NCBI RefSeq assembly: GCF_000143415.4
Contig: NW_003314292.1
Location: 319,178 to 383,177 of the forward strand
Direction: 5' to 3'
DNA length: 64,000 nt
Source of the DNA: Selaginella moellendorffii
Lineage: Eukaryota > Plantae > Lycopodiophyta
Part shown: in pieces, positions 50,197-63,784 of the stretch
Layout: every line of letters begins with the position of its first letter
Numbering within the stretch: the stretch's first letter is position 1
Position numbers and translations under genes: made by a program
Notes under the pieces: model-generated
Databases searched by the model: none
Told to the model about the DNA's origin: nothing
The model's input: only the letters and a program-made list of their open reading frames with translations

Positions 50197-53100
50197 ATGG
50201 CTTCGCGCCTTCTGGGGCTAGGGTTTAGGGTTCGCGAGAGCGCGATGGATCGCGAGCAGCAGGAGGCAGTGCGGCAGATGATAGCGTGGGTGATCCAGGG
50301 AGTCATGAGGGCTGCCGGGGATGTGGCGGCCGCTGGCGATTCTAGGGTTTACGAGCGCCTTGCGGATCGAGGTGTGTTTGATGGGGAGGAGGCCGTGCGC
50401 GCCATGATCGCGGCGGTGTTCCAGCGCGTTGCGCATAGCGACAGCGTCGCGGTGGATGTCGATACTGGTGCCGTGCATTTCTTTGTTGCGAATGGGCCGC
50501 AGAAATCGGCCATGGAGGGATTGGTTCATTCCATGTTGTCGGGGATTTTGGAGAGGATAGTGGCTGCCAGTGAGGTCCAAGTGATGGGATCCAGAATTTT
50601 GGGAGAGATGGAGGGCGATAGAAGGGATTTGGCGGAGATCTTGCGAGCAGTAGAGGCTGGCGGTGAAGTTCATAGCATGGTTTCGAAAGTTTTTGAGGAA
50701 GTGGTGGCAGGAAACGAAGATGCTAATCACGATCACGATCACTTGGAACATGAGGTTCTTACTTCTAGTTTCGATAAGTTGGCTCTAGAGGGGTGCGACG
50801 AGGAGCTTGCAGCAGCCACAGCGCCTTTGGTACACTACATGGTATCCAATATTGTCAGGAAAGTTATAGAGGCTAGAGATGAGCGGGGTCACGCTGGAGA
50901 GGAAGAAAGATACAGGAAGGAATCAAGCGACGTCCAAGCTATTGTTCGTCTTTGTCGGGAGAAAAGTGTGAGACTGGCAAAAGAAGTGCCGCCTTTCTTC
51001 GACGCTATGGCTTATTTTCAACTTCGAGCGGGCTCTTTGCTTAATCCAGAGATGTCCAGGTAACTTAAAAGTTTTTCTGTGCTACCAGTTTTACCAGTTT
51101 TACATGATCTCTGTCTGCGTTTGCAGCCCTGGAGTTGCGGAAGACTCTTCAAAAGATTTTCTTGACGGCTGTGTTCAGAGGCTTTTACGAGAGGATTGTC
51201 CTGCTCAAGAGACAATTAGACTTCAGGTACATTCGAAGCAATTATGTCCTTGGTTTTGAAATACCTTTTCTGTAGCGATCAGATTTCTGCACAAGCCGCC
51301 ATGGATCTGGAGTTGAAGGGATCGAAAATGGATGCTGACCAGAGGAAGGCAGTGCTCAAGGACATGGCGAAATGCGTCGCGGAAGTTCAGGTCCAACGTA
51401 TTCATAGCGTTGCCAACAAGTTTCTCAATTTGGACGTCCATTCAGATAAACGACTTGCAAAGAACATTCCAGATCGTGGAGGATTTACATTCGCGGGTGC
51501 TGAGATACGTCCTTCACTTTAGCAAGGAAGTCGAGGAGAAGATGACAGTCGCCAGTATAACCGAGATTCGAGCGGCTCTCGAGAGTATCTTTCCACAGGC
51601 GACGTGCATCTCTTGGATTGATCATCCAAAGGCCGAGAAAGCAACACAAGTTGAAGAGATGGCTGCCGCGGTAACAGGCATTCGTGTGTTCAACAAGTAC
51701 GTTGCATGGTGGATAGTTTCCTTGGCTCCAAAGCTCAAACTGGGAACTCGTGTGAAGGTCGCTGGGCAGAGGTGGTCAAGGATTTGAGCTTCCGTTTGGA
51801 CACTACAAGGATGAGATGAAGAGTTTGGGTGAAACGGTGATGGATTGTCTGCAAAAGACCAACGAGAAAGCTCAGAGGTGTGCGGAGGCAATCAGACTGC
51901 ACCTCGAGCCACTTGGAATGCGTCACGTCTTGCTTCAGAGACTACGGGACGAGCTTGCTTATTACTTGCAAGCATTTGCGCTGCTGGAAGGCCTCCAAAA
52001 TGTTCTCACGGAGAGATTTGGTATCGTCAGGGAGTATGATGACAAGTGTTGCGAGCACCTCAGAAACTTGTATGAAACCATCGAATGCAGGAGCTGTGTC
52101 GCGAATGAACTGGTCTGTATTTTTCTTCTCCTTCATGTCCTAACTTATGAAGTATTCATCGCAGGTGTACCCCCAATTCCAAGCTGTAGGAACAATAGTC
52201 AAGTCTGTTGGTGAGGAGCTAAGAGTTCTTCGAGCGTATGCCAGGGCCTCCATTCCGTTACTTTCACTAGCTTCTCAGCCTCTCTTCACGCCCACGCCAT
52301 CTGGCATAGCAAACATATGCTCTTCGACGGGTTTGTCAAGACTGAACACCCTCGTGAACTACACCACTTTTCTGCCTCCCGAAGTCTACACAGTCGACTG
52401 GCACGAGAACGACGTGATGTAAGTCCTGTGTGGTTGGCTTTGTTTGAAACTGATTTTTTGTTTCTTGCATGCAAAGCTTAAGCAAAGCGGGCACACAACA
52501 AGATTTAAGATGTGGTGTTTTGAGAGACGAGGATGTGGAGAATGCATTGCAAGGTGGGGGAGCCTTGCAGCTTTCTGGCTATTGTCCGGTTGCATTAGCC
52601 AAGCACAGAGGCCTCCTTCTTCACGGAGATCCTGACATAGGACTCGTGCATGTCGAGGGAAAGCTTTATGCATTTTCTAGCGGGGAAGCGTTAAACCAGT
52701 AATCTCTTTTACCGGTGCTTGATTCTGCAGAGAAGTGGATGCTATAGCTAGGTTCGTCGTCAACTCGCTAGTCAAATGCATCTGCAAGCTCATTTTGTGT
52801 CTGTCTTTGCATGGAGTTCGTCAAGGTTCTTTAGTATCGTCTACTCTTTTGTGCTGACGCGCGGGTGGTCACAGGTTCATCGCTGGCCCGTCGTTATATC
52901 TTGAAGCCGTGACGAATGCTGTTCGCAAGATGTCTCAGCTGGTCCACATTTTGGCGCTGGAAAACGAGGCTCCTTTTTCTGTCCTGAATATTTCCAAGGT
53001 TTGGGTCCTTTCTTTTGGTGTTTGTCGTCTCTTTGTAACAACCAGCATTTCGACAGTTGCTGAGCATACTTAGTAAGCCACTTTCATGTGAGTTCTCGAC

Positions 53101-53610
53101 GCAGACAACAACAGATGTTGTCAATTCGTTGGATTCGGCTCTGACCAGGTAATGGTTGGACTTCGATAGTGGAAACTTACCATTGTTTTTCATTGCACTG
53201 TCAGGTCGTTGAATAAGGAGACAACCAGTGCACAGACATGCTCTAGCTATTGCAGGAGATCGCTGCAAACACAGGTCCTTATTAGTTTCATTTTCAAACA
53301 TTTCTTTTCTGTAAAATGATGCTCACGCATCGCGAATGCAACAGGTGTGGCTGCCAAAGCATACTGGCACTCAGACTGGCATTAATCGAGGGTGTAACAC
53401 GTCCAGGCAAGTTCGGAACATGATGCTTCATGGTAAGTACGACCTTTAAGAATGTTTCTGCGGATAATTGCGGAGATTTAGAAGCGCGCATGTTGGAGGT
53501 ATGGATGACAATCATGTGGGAGTTTTCTAACGAAGACACATGTTTGCTTTCAGGCCACAACGCGAAATCCACCATCATTGTCTTTACCAGTGGGTACAGT
53601 CACAAAAGAT
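50197..53610 (+). CDS. CFAP206: Cilia- and flagella-associated protein 206 (FAP206) homolog with a long N-terminal extension; start and 3' end approximate
   Basis: Exon peptides EIRAALESIFPQ, AVTGIRVFNK, LRDELAYYLQ, VYPQF, GYCPVAL..RGLLLHGDPDIG...YAFSS and QTQ|VWLPK..TQTG match recalled CFAP206 motifs; multiple short GT-AG introns. Confidence 0.75.
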
Positions 53611-54148
53611 GAAAAAATAGAATGTGGTTCCCGTGCTAGTGCTAAAAGTAAACATGGGACGCGCTTTGAAAACAGGTTCCAAGATGACGACGACGAGGGT
53701 GTTGGTAAGATAACTTCATCAGATGAAGTAAGAGAGGGACTCTGTGGTAGAGGTGCATGAGTTAGATTCCTCCACTTCCGCCCACCTCCTCTTCAACTTG
53801 GAAAATGATGCGGGGGAATCAGAAGATTTAAACAAAAGCTCACACTGCCTAGCAGGACGCCACAAACTTTAAAAAAGATCAAGGAACCTGGAATATATCG
53901 TTATCCGCCACAGATTTCGACCCTTCGATGAGTTATCTGCCCCGTACGCAAGATTGAAGACAGAAACGAAGAGAAGGACTTCAAAAACGACTGGACAACC
54001 TCCTTTACTGGAAAAGTGCTGACTACAAAAGCCCGTAGACATGCACACCGAATTTCCACTCGAAGCTGTTGGTAACAAACTTTGGAGGAGGTGAGACTTA
54101 AAACTATGAAATGTTTCATTTGAATCATGTAGCTTGCTGTTTGCAGGG

Positions 54149-56004
54149 ATGGAATTGCAATCTGCTTCTCACGACGAGGCCCTCGATTTCAAGGGACGAC
54201 TTGCCGACAAGAAAAGCACCGGTGGATGGAAGGGGTGTTGCTACGTTCTCGGTATTCCCAATACCTTTGAAATCTTCACTTAGCTTACTTGATTTTTTCT
54301 TGCAGCCAATGAAATATTCGACAGGATAGCCTTCTTTGCAATCCTGGCGAACCTGGTGACTTACATGACTAGTGTTCTTCACGAAAACACGGCTGAAGCG
54401 GCTACCAACATCAACAACTGGGTTGGGACCATCTACATGGTGACTTTGTTGGGAGCATTTCTAGCAGACGCATTCTGGGGGCGCTATCGGACTATTCTCA
54501 CCATGGCTGCAGTATACATTTTGGTAAGCAGATTTGTTTCACTTTCTCTGCGTTCTTCAGACGATTGCTTATGTACTTTTTTTCCGCAGGGCCTGATTCT
54601 ACTCACGGTCTCTTCCTCGCTAAAGTCCCTTCGCCCATTACCTTGCCAACCAGCGTCTCGGAATGAAACCTGCAATCCAGCCTCCAAGCAGCAGCGCGCA
54701 TTCTTCTTCGTTGCCCTCTATCTGGTTGCGGTTGGCTCGGGTTGCATGAAGCCGTGCGTTTCGTCGTTTGGAGCGGACCAGTTTGATGAGAAAGATTCCT
54801 CCGAGATAAAGAAGAAGGCCTCGTTCTTCAACTGGTGGTTCTGGGGAATTCACGCCGGCCAGCTCGTTGCAGTCACGGTCCTGGTTTACATCCAAGACAA
54901 CGTCGGGTGGTCCTGGGGATTTGGAATTCCGACGGTACTCATGGTCATATCTGTCCTAACTTTGCTGTATGGGACACCGAATTACAGGTATCAGAAGCCG
55001 CACGGTAGTCCCCTCACAACTATAGTGAAAGTGATAGCCTCGGCAATCTCGAAGTGGCATATGGCGATTCCCACTGACAAAGCAACAAAGCCGATATCGT
55101 AAGCTAAAGTTCTTCGATCTTACTGTAGCGGACTTGACGTTTCTGTCTTTGTTTATCATGGAACAGGTTCCTCGACCGGGCGGCTTTTGCTCGAGAAAGT
55201 GGTCGCAAGCCAGGCGATGCCAAAAAGCCATGGGACCTTTGCTCCCAGGCTCAAGTCGAGGAAACAAAGGTGTTCGTGAGGATTCTACCAATGTGGTTTG
55301 GCACGCTGCTCTTCTCCACGGCGGTGGCCCAGAACCCAACGCTCTTCGTCAAGCAAGGGAGCACCCTGGAGAACAGCATCCACGGCAAGTTTAAGATCCC
55401 GCCAGCCTCGATGCTGCTCTTCACAAACCTGACTGTCCTCTTCTCCATGCCGCTCTACGATCGCCTCTTCGTCCCTTCGGTCCGGAAGATCACGGGGCAC
55501 CCGAGAGGCATCACCATGCTCCAGCGGATGGGAATCGGGATGTTCATCACGGTGGCCTCGATGCTGGCGGGGGGTCTGGTCGAGACGAAGAGGCTCAAAG
55601 TCGCGAGGGTGTTTCCACACAGCAAGCCGCTGCCAATGACGATCTTCTGGCTTCTACCGCAGTACATTCTCCTGGGACTGGCGGAGGTGTTCACTTACAG
55701 CGGCCAGATCGAGTTTTTCTACGATCAAGCTCCGGCAGCGATGCGTAGCTTGGGGGCCGCGCTCCAGCTGACCACCCTCGCGGGCGGGAGCTTCTTGAGC
55801 AGCATTCTCATCACGGTTGTCAACCGCGTCACAGGTCCCTCGCATCCTTGGATCCAGCACAACCTCAACCAGGGGCATCTAAACTTCTTCTACTGGCTGC
55901 TCGCAGCGCTCAACGTTGCCAACATTGGAGTTTTCGTGCCACTGGCGATCTGGTTCAAGTACAAAGACAATGAAGTGTTGTTGCCACCTTCCTCTAGGGT
56001 TTAA
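54149..56004 (+). CDS. NRT1/PTR family (NPF) proton-coupled transporter, four exons
   Basis: DFKGR...TGGWK, EIFDRIAFF (ExxER-like), GAFLADAFWGRY, KPCVSSFGADQFDE, QVEETK and EFFYDQAP..MRSLG. Confidence 0.95.
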
Positions 56005-56589
56005 GAATAAACATTCGTTAATCTAAATCAAAGATTCATATTCAGTAGTCATCAGCTTGCATTGACTGCGGTCCATCGCTACTCATCTGCCGGTGCGCTG
56101 CCTTTTGCGCATCCGTGAGAGAAGCATCGGCATTAGAACCTCGTGTTGTATTTACTAGCACGGCATTTGATGGTCCACCAATCTAAAGCTAGACGGGAAC
56201 AGTCTTGTCTTGTCACATACGTCATGGCGTGAGGAGCATACAAAGCCTGGAAATACGAGGAAACTAGCATATCTGATTCCTGTCTCTTGTCCCAATTGTT
56301 CGGCCAAGCGTCCATGTCTGCGACCTAACCTTTTCACGCAACTTGAGAGAAATCATAGTTGTGGCCGTCGGATGAGGCGCTACTGAAGGAATTCCTCTCT
56401 CAATTGCTGCTGTACGTTTTGAACCAAGATCATCCACAGCAATGGCTGGCTGCTCACGATTCCCTTGAACTCTTTCTAATAACCGACATTAGCTGTCATG
56501 TAAGTTCTCGCGCACTTGTTTGCACGCGATCTTCATTTTTGCACTCAAAGGCAGCAGAAGAAGTTAATAGCATAACTTCTGTTTTGGGA

Positions 56590-58080
56590 CAGGTTACAAT
56601 TGGTATGATCTCTGAACAGTGCAAACTAGCTTGACAGTCTATCCCATGGCGGCCCTCCCATGCATATCGGATAGATTCAATTACAGATTGTCCCTGTACC
56701 TTGATGGCCCTGACGCAGATAACAGAAGTTGTCAATTCCCTTGATTCGGCTCTTACCAATGCCATAGCTGATCTCGATAGTAGAACCTTACCTTTGTTTT
56801 TCATCGCACTGACAGATCGTTGAACAAGGAGACACTCGAGCTATTACACGAGACTGCTAATTACACAGGTCCACCGAACTAGACTGGCATCGATTGTGTA
56901 ACGGAATGTTTTGCAGATAAGTGCGGAAATTCAGAAGCGTCTGGAAATCACGTTCGAAACCAGGAATAGATGAAAGCCCGGAGGTAGTGCTAAAGTTGAA
57001 CAGGGAAGCAGGATGTCAACGACTAAGATGCTAAATTGCCTTCACTTCCTCCTAGCTCATGTTCAACTTGGGAAATGATGGTAATTAGAAGAAAGCTTTA
57101 CTGGAAAAGTGCTGACTACAAAAGCCCGAATTCTCAAGACGGCTTGCTGACAACGAACTTTGGAAGGTGCGAGAAAAAAATATCAAATGCTTTATTTGAT
57201 CATGAAGCTTGCTGTTTGCAGGGATGGAGTTGCAATCTGCTTCAGTTCATGAAGAGGCCCTCGATTTCAAAGCGTACAAGAAACGCATAGGTTCTCGGTA
57301 TTCCCAATACGTTTAAAAGTGGACTCTAGAGGAAAGCTTACAGCGGCCACTGCTGCCTTCGGTACACTAGATGGTATCAAACATTGTCAGGAAAGTTAAC
57401 TGTTATAGAGGATAGAGTTGAGCGGGATCACACTGGAGAAAATCAAGGGAAGGAAGGAATCAAGGGACGTCCAAGCTATTGTTCGTCTTTGCCGGGAGAA
57501 AAGTGCCACCTTTCTTCAATCTTCACACACTTCTAGGTAGAGGGACTGATTAAAGCAGGTTTTATTGCGAGAAGCTGGTTTGCAAAGTAAACTTTATCGA
57601 GGAAGAGACTGTCAGATGAGCACGATTCCTCTGAGATAAAGAAGAAGGCCTCGTTCTTCAACTGGTGCTTCTGGGGAATTCATCTCGTTGCAGTCACGGT
57701 CCTGGTTTACATCCAAGACAACGTCTGCTGGTCCTGGGGATTTGGAATTGTACTCATGGTTGTATCCGTCCTAACTTTGCTGTATAGGACACTGACTTAC
57801 AGGTACCACTCTTGTGAAAGTGATAGCTTTCAAAGTGGAGTATGGCGATTCCCAGCACTGACAAAGTTCTTTGATCTCACTGTAGCGGACTTTACGTTTC
57901 TGTCATGGAACAGGTTCCTCCCATGCGGCTTTTGCTCGAGAAAGTGGTCGCAAACCAGGGGTGAAAAGCCATGGACCCTTTGCTCTCAGGCTCAAGTCGA
58001 GGAAACAAAGTTGTTCGTGAGATGTGGTTTGGCACGTTGCTCTTCTCCATGGTGGTGACCCAGAACCAAACGCTCTTCAT
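56590..58080 (+). pseudogene. Scrambled collage of deleted copies of CFAP206 and NPF segments
   Basis: 56710-57075 matches 53100-53810; 57095-57310 matches 54003-54265; 57345-57520 matches 50812-51000; 57615-58080 matches 54785-55350. Confidence 0.85.
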
Positions 58081-58249
58081 CAACAGTAAATATTGTTGAA
58101 TCACTAAGTGGTTATTGTGACATGTATATTTTTATTTATTTATTTACTAGAAAGCCTATTTTGTTTTAACGAGCAACTTATAACAATTTCATTTTATTTA
58201 GTCAAAAGCTTCTTAATTTCCTATGTCCTATTTCTTGAATCATCCACCA

Positions 58250-60150
58250 ACAAAGAGAGCATTATGGATGCCTTTGCTATAGCATTTTTGGAGGAATTTG
58301 CATGACTATGAATCACACAAAAATTTTCAATATTTCTACACTTGAAACAATCCATCAAATATTAAGGTCTCCAAAGTAGTTCAACATCAAGATTCCATGA
58401 TCTGATCAACTTGCTACAGATCACTCATAAATCTCTATATTGTTTATTTCAAATAAAAAATATACCCAAATCTTCATACAATAGAGCACTAACACTCTAT
58501 ATACATAATCTTTCTCATAAATCTTTAAAACTCATTTTTTTAGTTTGAAGTGTAAACAAACATACAATACTTCCCACCTTTTCAGTTTTTATTAATGAAG
58601 GAGTAAAGAAGACCTTTAATATTACAATTTATTTTGTTCTTTAGCATTTTTCTTTCATGCATTGCTCGTGATTATAAATTTGACGACAATATTATAAAAA
58701 TTAGCAGGCTTGAAAGTTTTTCTTATTTGTGCTTTTGTAATAAAAGTTTTAGGATGTGACAAATTCTACTTGATGTTTTTATTATATATTTCTTTGAACA
58801 ATAGTCTTGAAAGTAACTCCCCTCTCTCCACCCTTCTCTGACCCTATAGAGCACTATATTGGGATTCAAAAGTTTTATGCACTAAAGTGACAATGAATAT
58901 GATTATATTGCTTATAGCTTCAAATTGAAAATAATTATCACAATTTTTTCCTTCTTCTTTCTCGACTTGACTACCTCCTTCTTCATCTCCATCTCTTTTT
59001 AAAGCTTGAATTCTCAATCTAAAAAAAGAAAATTTATTTTTCTTTTTTTAAAGAGAAGAAATTATTTATACCTTAAAAGGATCCATGATGGAGAATAAAG
59101 CCACAAGATGATAATATAGTTACTCTATCTTAAAAAAAATTCTAATGAGTTGTTTTAATAATAATTTACTGGGCATTGTATGTACCAACACTTGATTTGC
59201 TTAATGGTAGTATTATTCCTATTTATTAATCCAATTGATCAATTGAAAGTTTAAATTATAAACATGTTTATAATTTAGAAGCACAAGAATAATATTTTTG
59301 AATATCAATCATTATATGGTAGAATAAACTAGAATATACTAGGAACTGTTTAGGAAAGTTTATAAATTATGGAGATGTTGATAAATTATAAATACAAGAT
59401 TAATATAAATGAATAACAACCGCTAGATGGTAGAATATCATAGAATATCTAAGCATATTCTAGGTCTATTCACTATTCCTATAGGTTTTCTTAAGAAAAA
59501 CAAAAAATAGACTTTGACAATTAATTTAAAAAGGCATCAAAAAGCTTTTTCTATCTAAATTTTTTGCAACAAGAAAATGTTGAGGAAAAAAATTTAACTT
59601 ACCTAATAATTCATTAGGAGAATCTTACAAGTGCATTTGATATAACATGTTGCAATAAGGCTTAGTGCCATTCAAACAAAGTAAATATCTCACACAAATT
59701 TTCTAGACTCGAGTTAAAAGAAACTTTTTATAGTTAAGATATATGTTGCTGTAAAGTGGGCATAATTTGCACTATGGATCAGGTTCTTGATCACCTTGCG
59801 ATGCTTTTAATAAACTTGCTTCACTGCTGTTGAGACTATCCACTTTGGGTAAAATTGGATGATCAAAGAACCAGGCAACACTATTTAGGAGATTAAAAAG
59901 CTCCCAACTGAATAGAATGAAATCATTAGAAGCCGCTCATCAAGAACAAGATAGGTTTTATAGTAAGAAAAAACAAACCTACATGTCACAACAATAATAC
60001 TATCTAATTATTCAACACCATTTGTGCTAGTGAAGAGAGCGTCATGGATGCTTTTGCCGTAGCATTCTTTAAGGAACTTACATGACTCTGAATTATATAA
60101 GCTTTATCTAATATCTTTATACTTGAAAGAATCTATCAAATACTCTAGAC
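58250..60150 (+). repeat. Diverged ~110-bp direct repeat (58253-58362 and 60033-60142) in decayed AT-rich DNA
   Basis: aagagagc.t.atggatgc.tttgc..tagcatt...atgact.tgaat...acttgaaa.aatc.atcaaata occurs twice. Confidence 0.6.
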
Positions 60151-60239
60151 TCCATGACCTTAGTCTACATTGTTAATTTCAAGTGAGTTTCAATTAAACA
60201 TATATGCTTGAGCTTAGTATCTAATGTAACTCTCATGTG

Positions 60240-63200
60240 ACTTGCCCCACATCTACCCTTGTAGCATGGAGGCCATGGTTTCCATCGGCATGTTGTATCT
60301 AGGACAATATCCTTTGCTCAAGCAGATTTCAAGATCCAATTTAGTGGTCTCACTTCCAGTGAATTACTCCACTACTCTCCATGCCAAAGCATGGAAGTTT
60401 GGTGTTGCACCAATGAGCTACTCCCATTGGCTGCTCCTTGTCTCTTAGGATGACATAGTGAAGCTGCACTGCCACTAAGGAGAGCCACCACTAGTTTGCT
60501 ACTACAGCTGATACTCTCATTGAGTGTCCATCGAAGTGGAGGCAATTACAATCCTCCCAGATTGCTTGAACACTTATTGCCCTCCATATCCTAACAACCA
60601 TGTCCTAGACTCTCCTAGACTAAGGTGCTTTGTTCCACCCCTTCTAGGTCCCAATGCACTCGGGTACCCCAGTCTTGGAGTCCTTGACACTAGATGCGTC
60701 TCTAGGCTGCTTCTGCCATTGGACCTCTCGCACCTTCAAACTAGTGGAGAACATCCCTTTTGTAGACCTTTAGGTTCTCTATGACTCCCAACTCCTTGAT
60801 TGCCTTGAGGATTTGATGCCATCGGCTAGTGTCCTTTTGGAATCGACTTTCTATTGGTAGGCCATTGTTGGCCACTAGCTAGGAGGTGATCTTCACCTTC
60901 TCCTAGATCGAGAGCTTCAAAGATTCTAGTGTGTTCTTGACCACTTGCTTTGCATTCACACCTTGGTCAATCCAATTTGTCCATAGCTTTGGGATGTCTC
61001 CTCATGTGTGGTCATGAGTGTATTGTAGGATTCCTTAATGTTGTAGGAGAAAAAGCACATGTTTCCCTGTCTCCAGGTGGCACGGTCCCAATCTAGGTCC
61101 TTACTCCACCATACCAAACATCCTTCCCCCTCAAGCATGAGTTCTAACTCCATCACATCAACCTTCTTTGGTTCTTGTTGCAGGACTTGGATTTGTCCTT
61201 TAATCTCATCATCTATGATAGTTGGCATGTTTTGTGAGCCCCCCACTACCACAAGTGTGTCCCCTCACACCACTTGATAGGGATAGGCTGTGTTGAGCTT
61301 CGGGGACATGATGAACCATACCTCAATTTCAGTGTCTCCCCATACTGGTGTTGGTGCCATGAATGCTTTGGTCCATACTCTTTGGATAGCAGTGAAATAC
61401 TAAATTATTTTATTTAAACTTGGTATTGAAGACTTGGGTTACAATGCTTAATTCTTTTCCAAAAAACCTTGCTATTGCTCCTTGAGTAGCCTGGTGTTGG
61501 ATTAGTTTTGAGTTTGGTCGAATAAAGAGTGGTATAAGCTTATCCATATTGTGAACATAGTTGGTGATGTTTGCTGTTGTAAATCTCTATTAGTGGGGTG
61601 TGGCATTTATATTGCATTTTGTCAAATAGAGTTAGTATTTAATACTCACGTAATCTTTTGAAGTAATAATGTGGGCTTGCTCATGGTGTTGTTTGATTGA
61701 TGACCAAACCATTGTGATACTTATACTATATCCATCTGATAATGAGTAATATGTTTATGAAGTTGCTTGGTTAAATGATAATCAACCCTAAAGTGGTTGA
61801 TAATGAAATTATTCTACTTGCAAGTAGTAGCATTGAAGTAGTTTTGACTAAATTCTTAATAATGATCTATGATATGCTAATTTTATGTTGATACTTTAGT
61901 TTTTAAGGGGCTTCCCATTAAGGTGTTAGTAATGGTTATACCATTCACTTTCTATAGCTTGTTAGTTAAACTGTTTGTTGTGAATGTGACTTCGGGTATT
62001 GAAAGTTACCTATCGGTTAGTCCTTACGGACACTCCTTCCTTACTGCCACGACAGCAGGAAGTCGGTATTGCTAGACCCTTTATTAGTCCCTCATGTGCT
62101 AGTGGAGTTAATTGGGCATTTCGAGTGTACTTAGATCGGATGAACATAAGGACGGAATTCCTACGTGTTATTAGCTAAGCATACTTAGCCTGGTAAAGAG
62201 TTCCCGTCTCGTTTTATCTTACACTTGCTAGTGACAAGAACCCTCGCATATTGAGACTAGTCCCTCAATATTGCTATATGATAGCTTACCATGTCTGCCA
62301 AACACCCTCGCTATCATGCCCTTCGTGTTAGTCTCATTTCGATCCTAAATGCTATTTATGGAATGTGTCTAGATTTGCTTATTTGGGATATCTACAGAAT
62401 GTAGAGATTGGCCTGAACATAATGGTGTTTGTCCCGTGTCCAAATTTGCATTCTAGCGCTATTCCATATTTAGTAAGTTTCGAACTTGTTCAGGAGACTA
62501 ACTCCTGATACTAAGGGAAGCTTGGGGTGAAAGCCCAAAGCGTATGCTCGGGAGTTGCTCTGTGGTTCGGTTTCGTCACTCCTTGGCTCCATACTTGGGA
62601 GTTTGGTACCATTCCATTGTTCAATGGCTTAAGGCCTTGAAACTCAGGTTCCACACCACTGTCCTTTGGACACGTGGCATGTGATATGTGGCATTTATCA
62701 CGTGGCACAAAGAGGGTTTAGGTTCCGCTTTGTGGTGTTATCCTATGGTAAATCACCATAGGATAAAGGGTAAAAACCACGTGCACTACACCGTTAGCAC
62801 TTGAAGGAGATTGTTGGATGGAGAAGGTATGAAGTTAAGGTATTGACATTGCTAACATTTGTGTTAGTGAAAGTAGCATTGTAGTTTCAAGTGAAGAAGA
62901 ATTTTCCTTAAACCTTAATTTTTCATGTCATTTTTTTATTAGTGTTTTGGCTTTATATTATATTTTGAAGGTGATTAAAGAAGAGTGTTAGTGCAATTTA
63001 GATATGTAAAGATATAGTCTTCATAATCAAATCTTAAATGTTCATTTTGCATTTTACAGATGTTAGTGTTAGATTAAAAAATATAGGCAAGATGTTCAAT
63101 ATTTAGGCATACTATTGGGTTATAAGAATTTGTTGAAGTGAAACCTATGTGAAGTTGTTAGTAGGAAGAAATTGGTTGAGTCTTGAAAGTTTGTATTCCT

Positions 63201-63450
63201 AAATTGGGAGTCATTCTTTCTCTAGAATGAAAAATTTCCATAAATTTTCTTAAACTTTTCCAATGGTTAATATGTTAACAAAAACCATTCTGTTTTCATA
63301 AGTTAGTACAAACTAGTGAAGGGGTTAGAGTTGACTTTGGTTGGATTAAATCTTAGTATGTAATTTGTATAATGCTATTGACTTTTTGGGGCTAAAGCAA
63401 TTGAGTTGGATAAAGTTTTGAGTTGATGTCACACAATGGTTGTTCCACTT
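60240..63450. mobile_element. Decayed retroelement-derived sequence; possible LTR start at 62812 after a PPT-like ttgaaggagat
   Basis: CpG-depleted, stop-riddled sequence with a PPT-TGTTGG junction; family not identifiable. Confidence 0.35.
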
Positions 63451-63455
63451 TTCTA

Positions 63456-63555
63456 NNNNNNNNNNNNNNNNNNNNNNNNNNNNNNNNNNNNNNNNNNNNN
63501 NNNNNNNNNNNNNNNNNNNNNNNNNNNNNNNNNNNNNNNNNNNNNNNNNNNNNNN
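63456..63555. other. Assembly gap (100 N)
   Basis: Run of N. Confidence 1.
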
Positions 63556-63784
63556 GAATGGTCGTCTATATAAACCGTGCATCTTGTATATTATTAGACT
63601 CTATGATTTTACTGATCTTGATTTAGTCTTGATAGCTTTGCACTTTGGCTAAGTATGGTGATGTCCAACTTAGTTGTTTGAGGTTAAGATGTTAAACTTA
63701 GTTATTTGAGGTTGAGATGTTAGTACTTATACTATAACTTTGTTTATAAGGAGGTTGTGTACCAATATAAGTCCATCTTATAGT

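Noticed and set aside
56100-56590. Short ORFs after the NPF gene
   Set aside because: At most 91 aa with no motifs, adjacent to the scrambled duplicate region.
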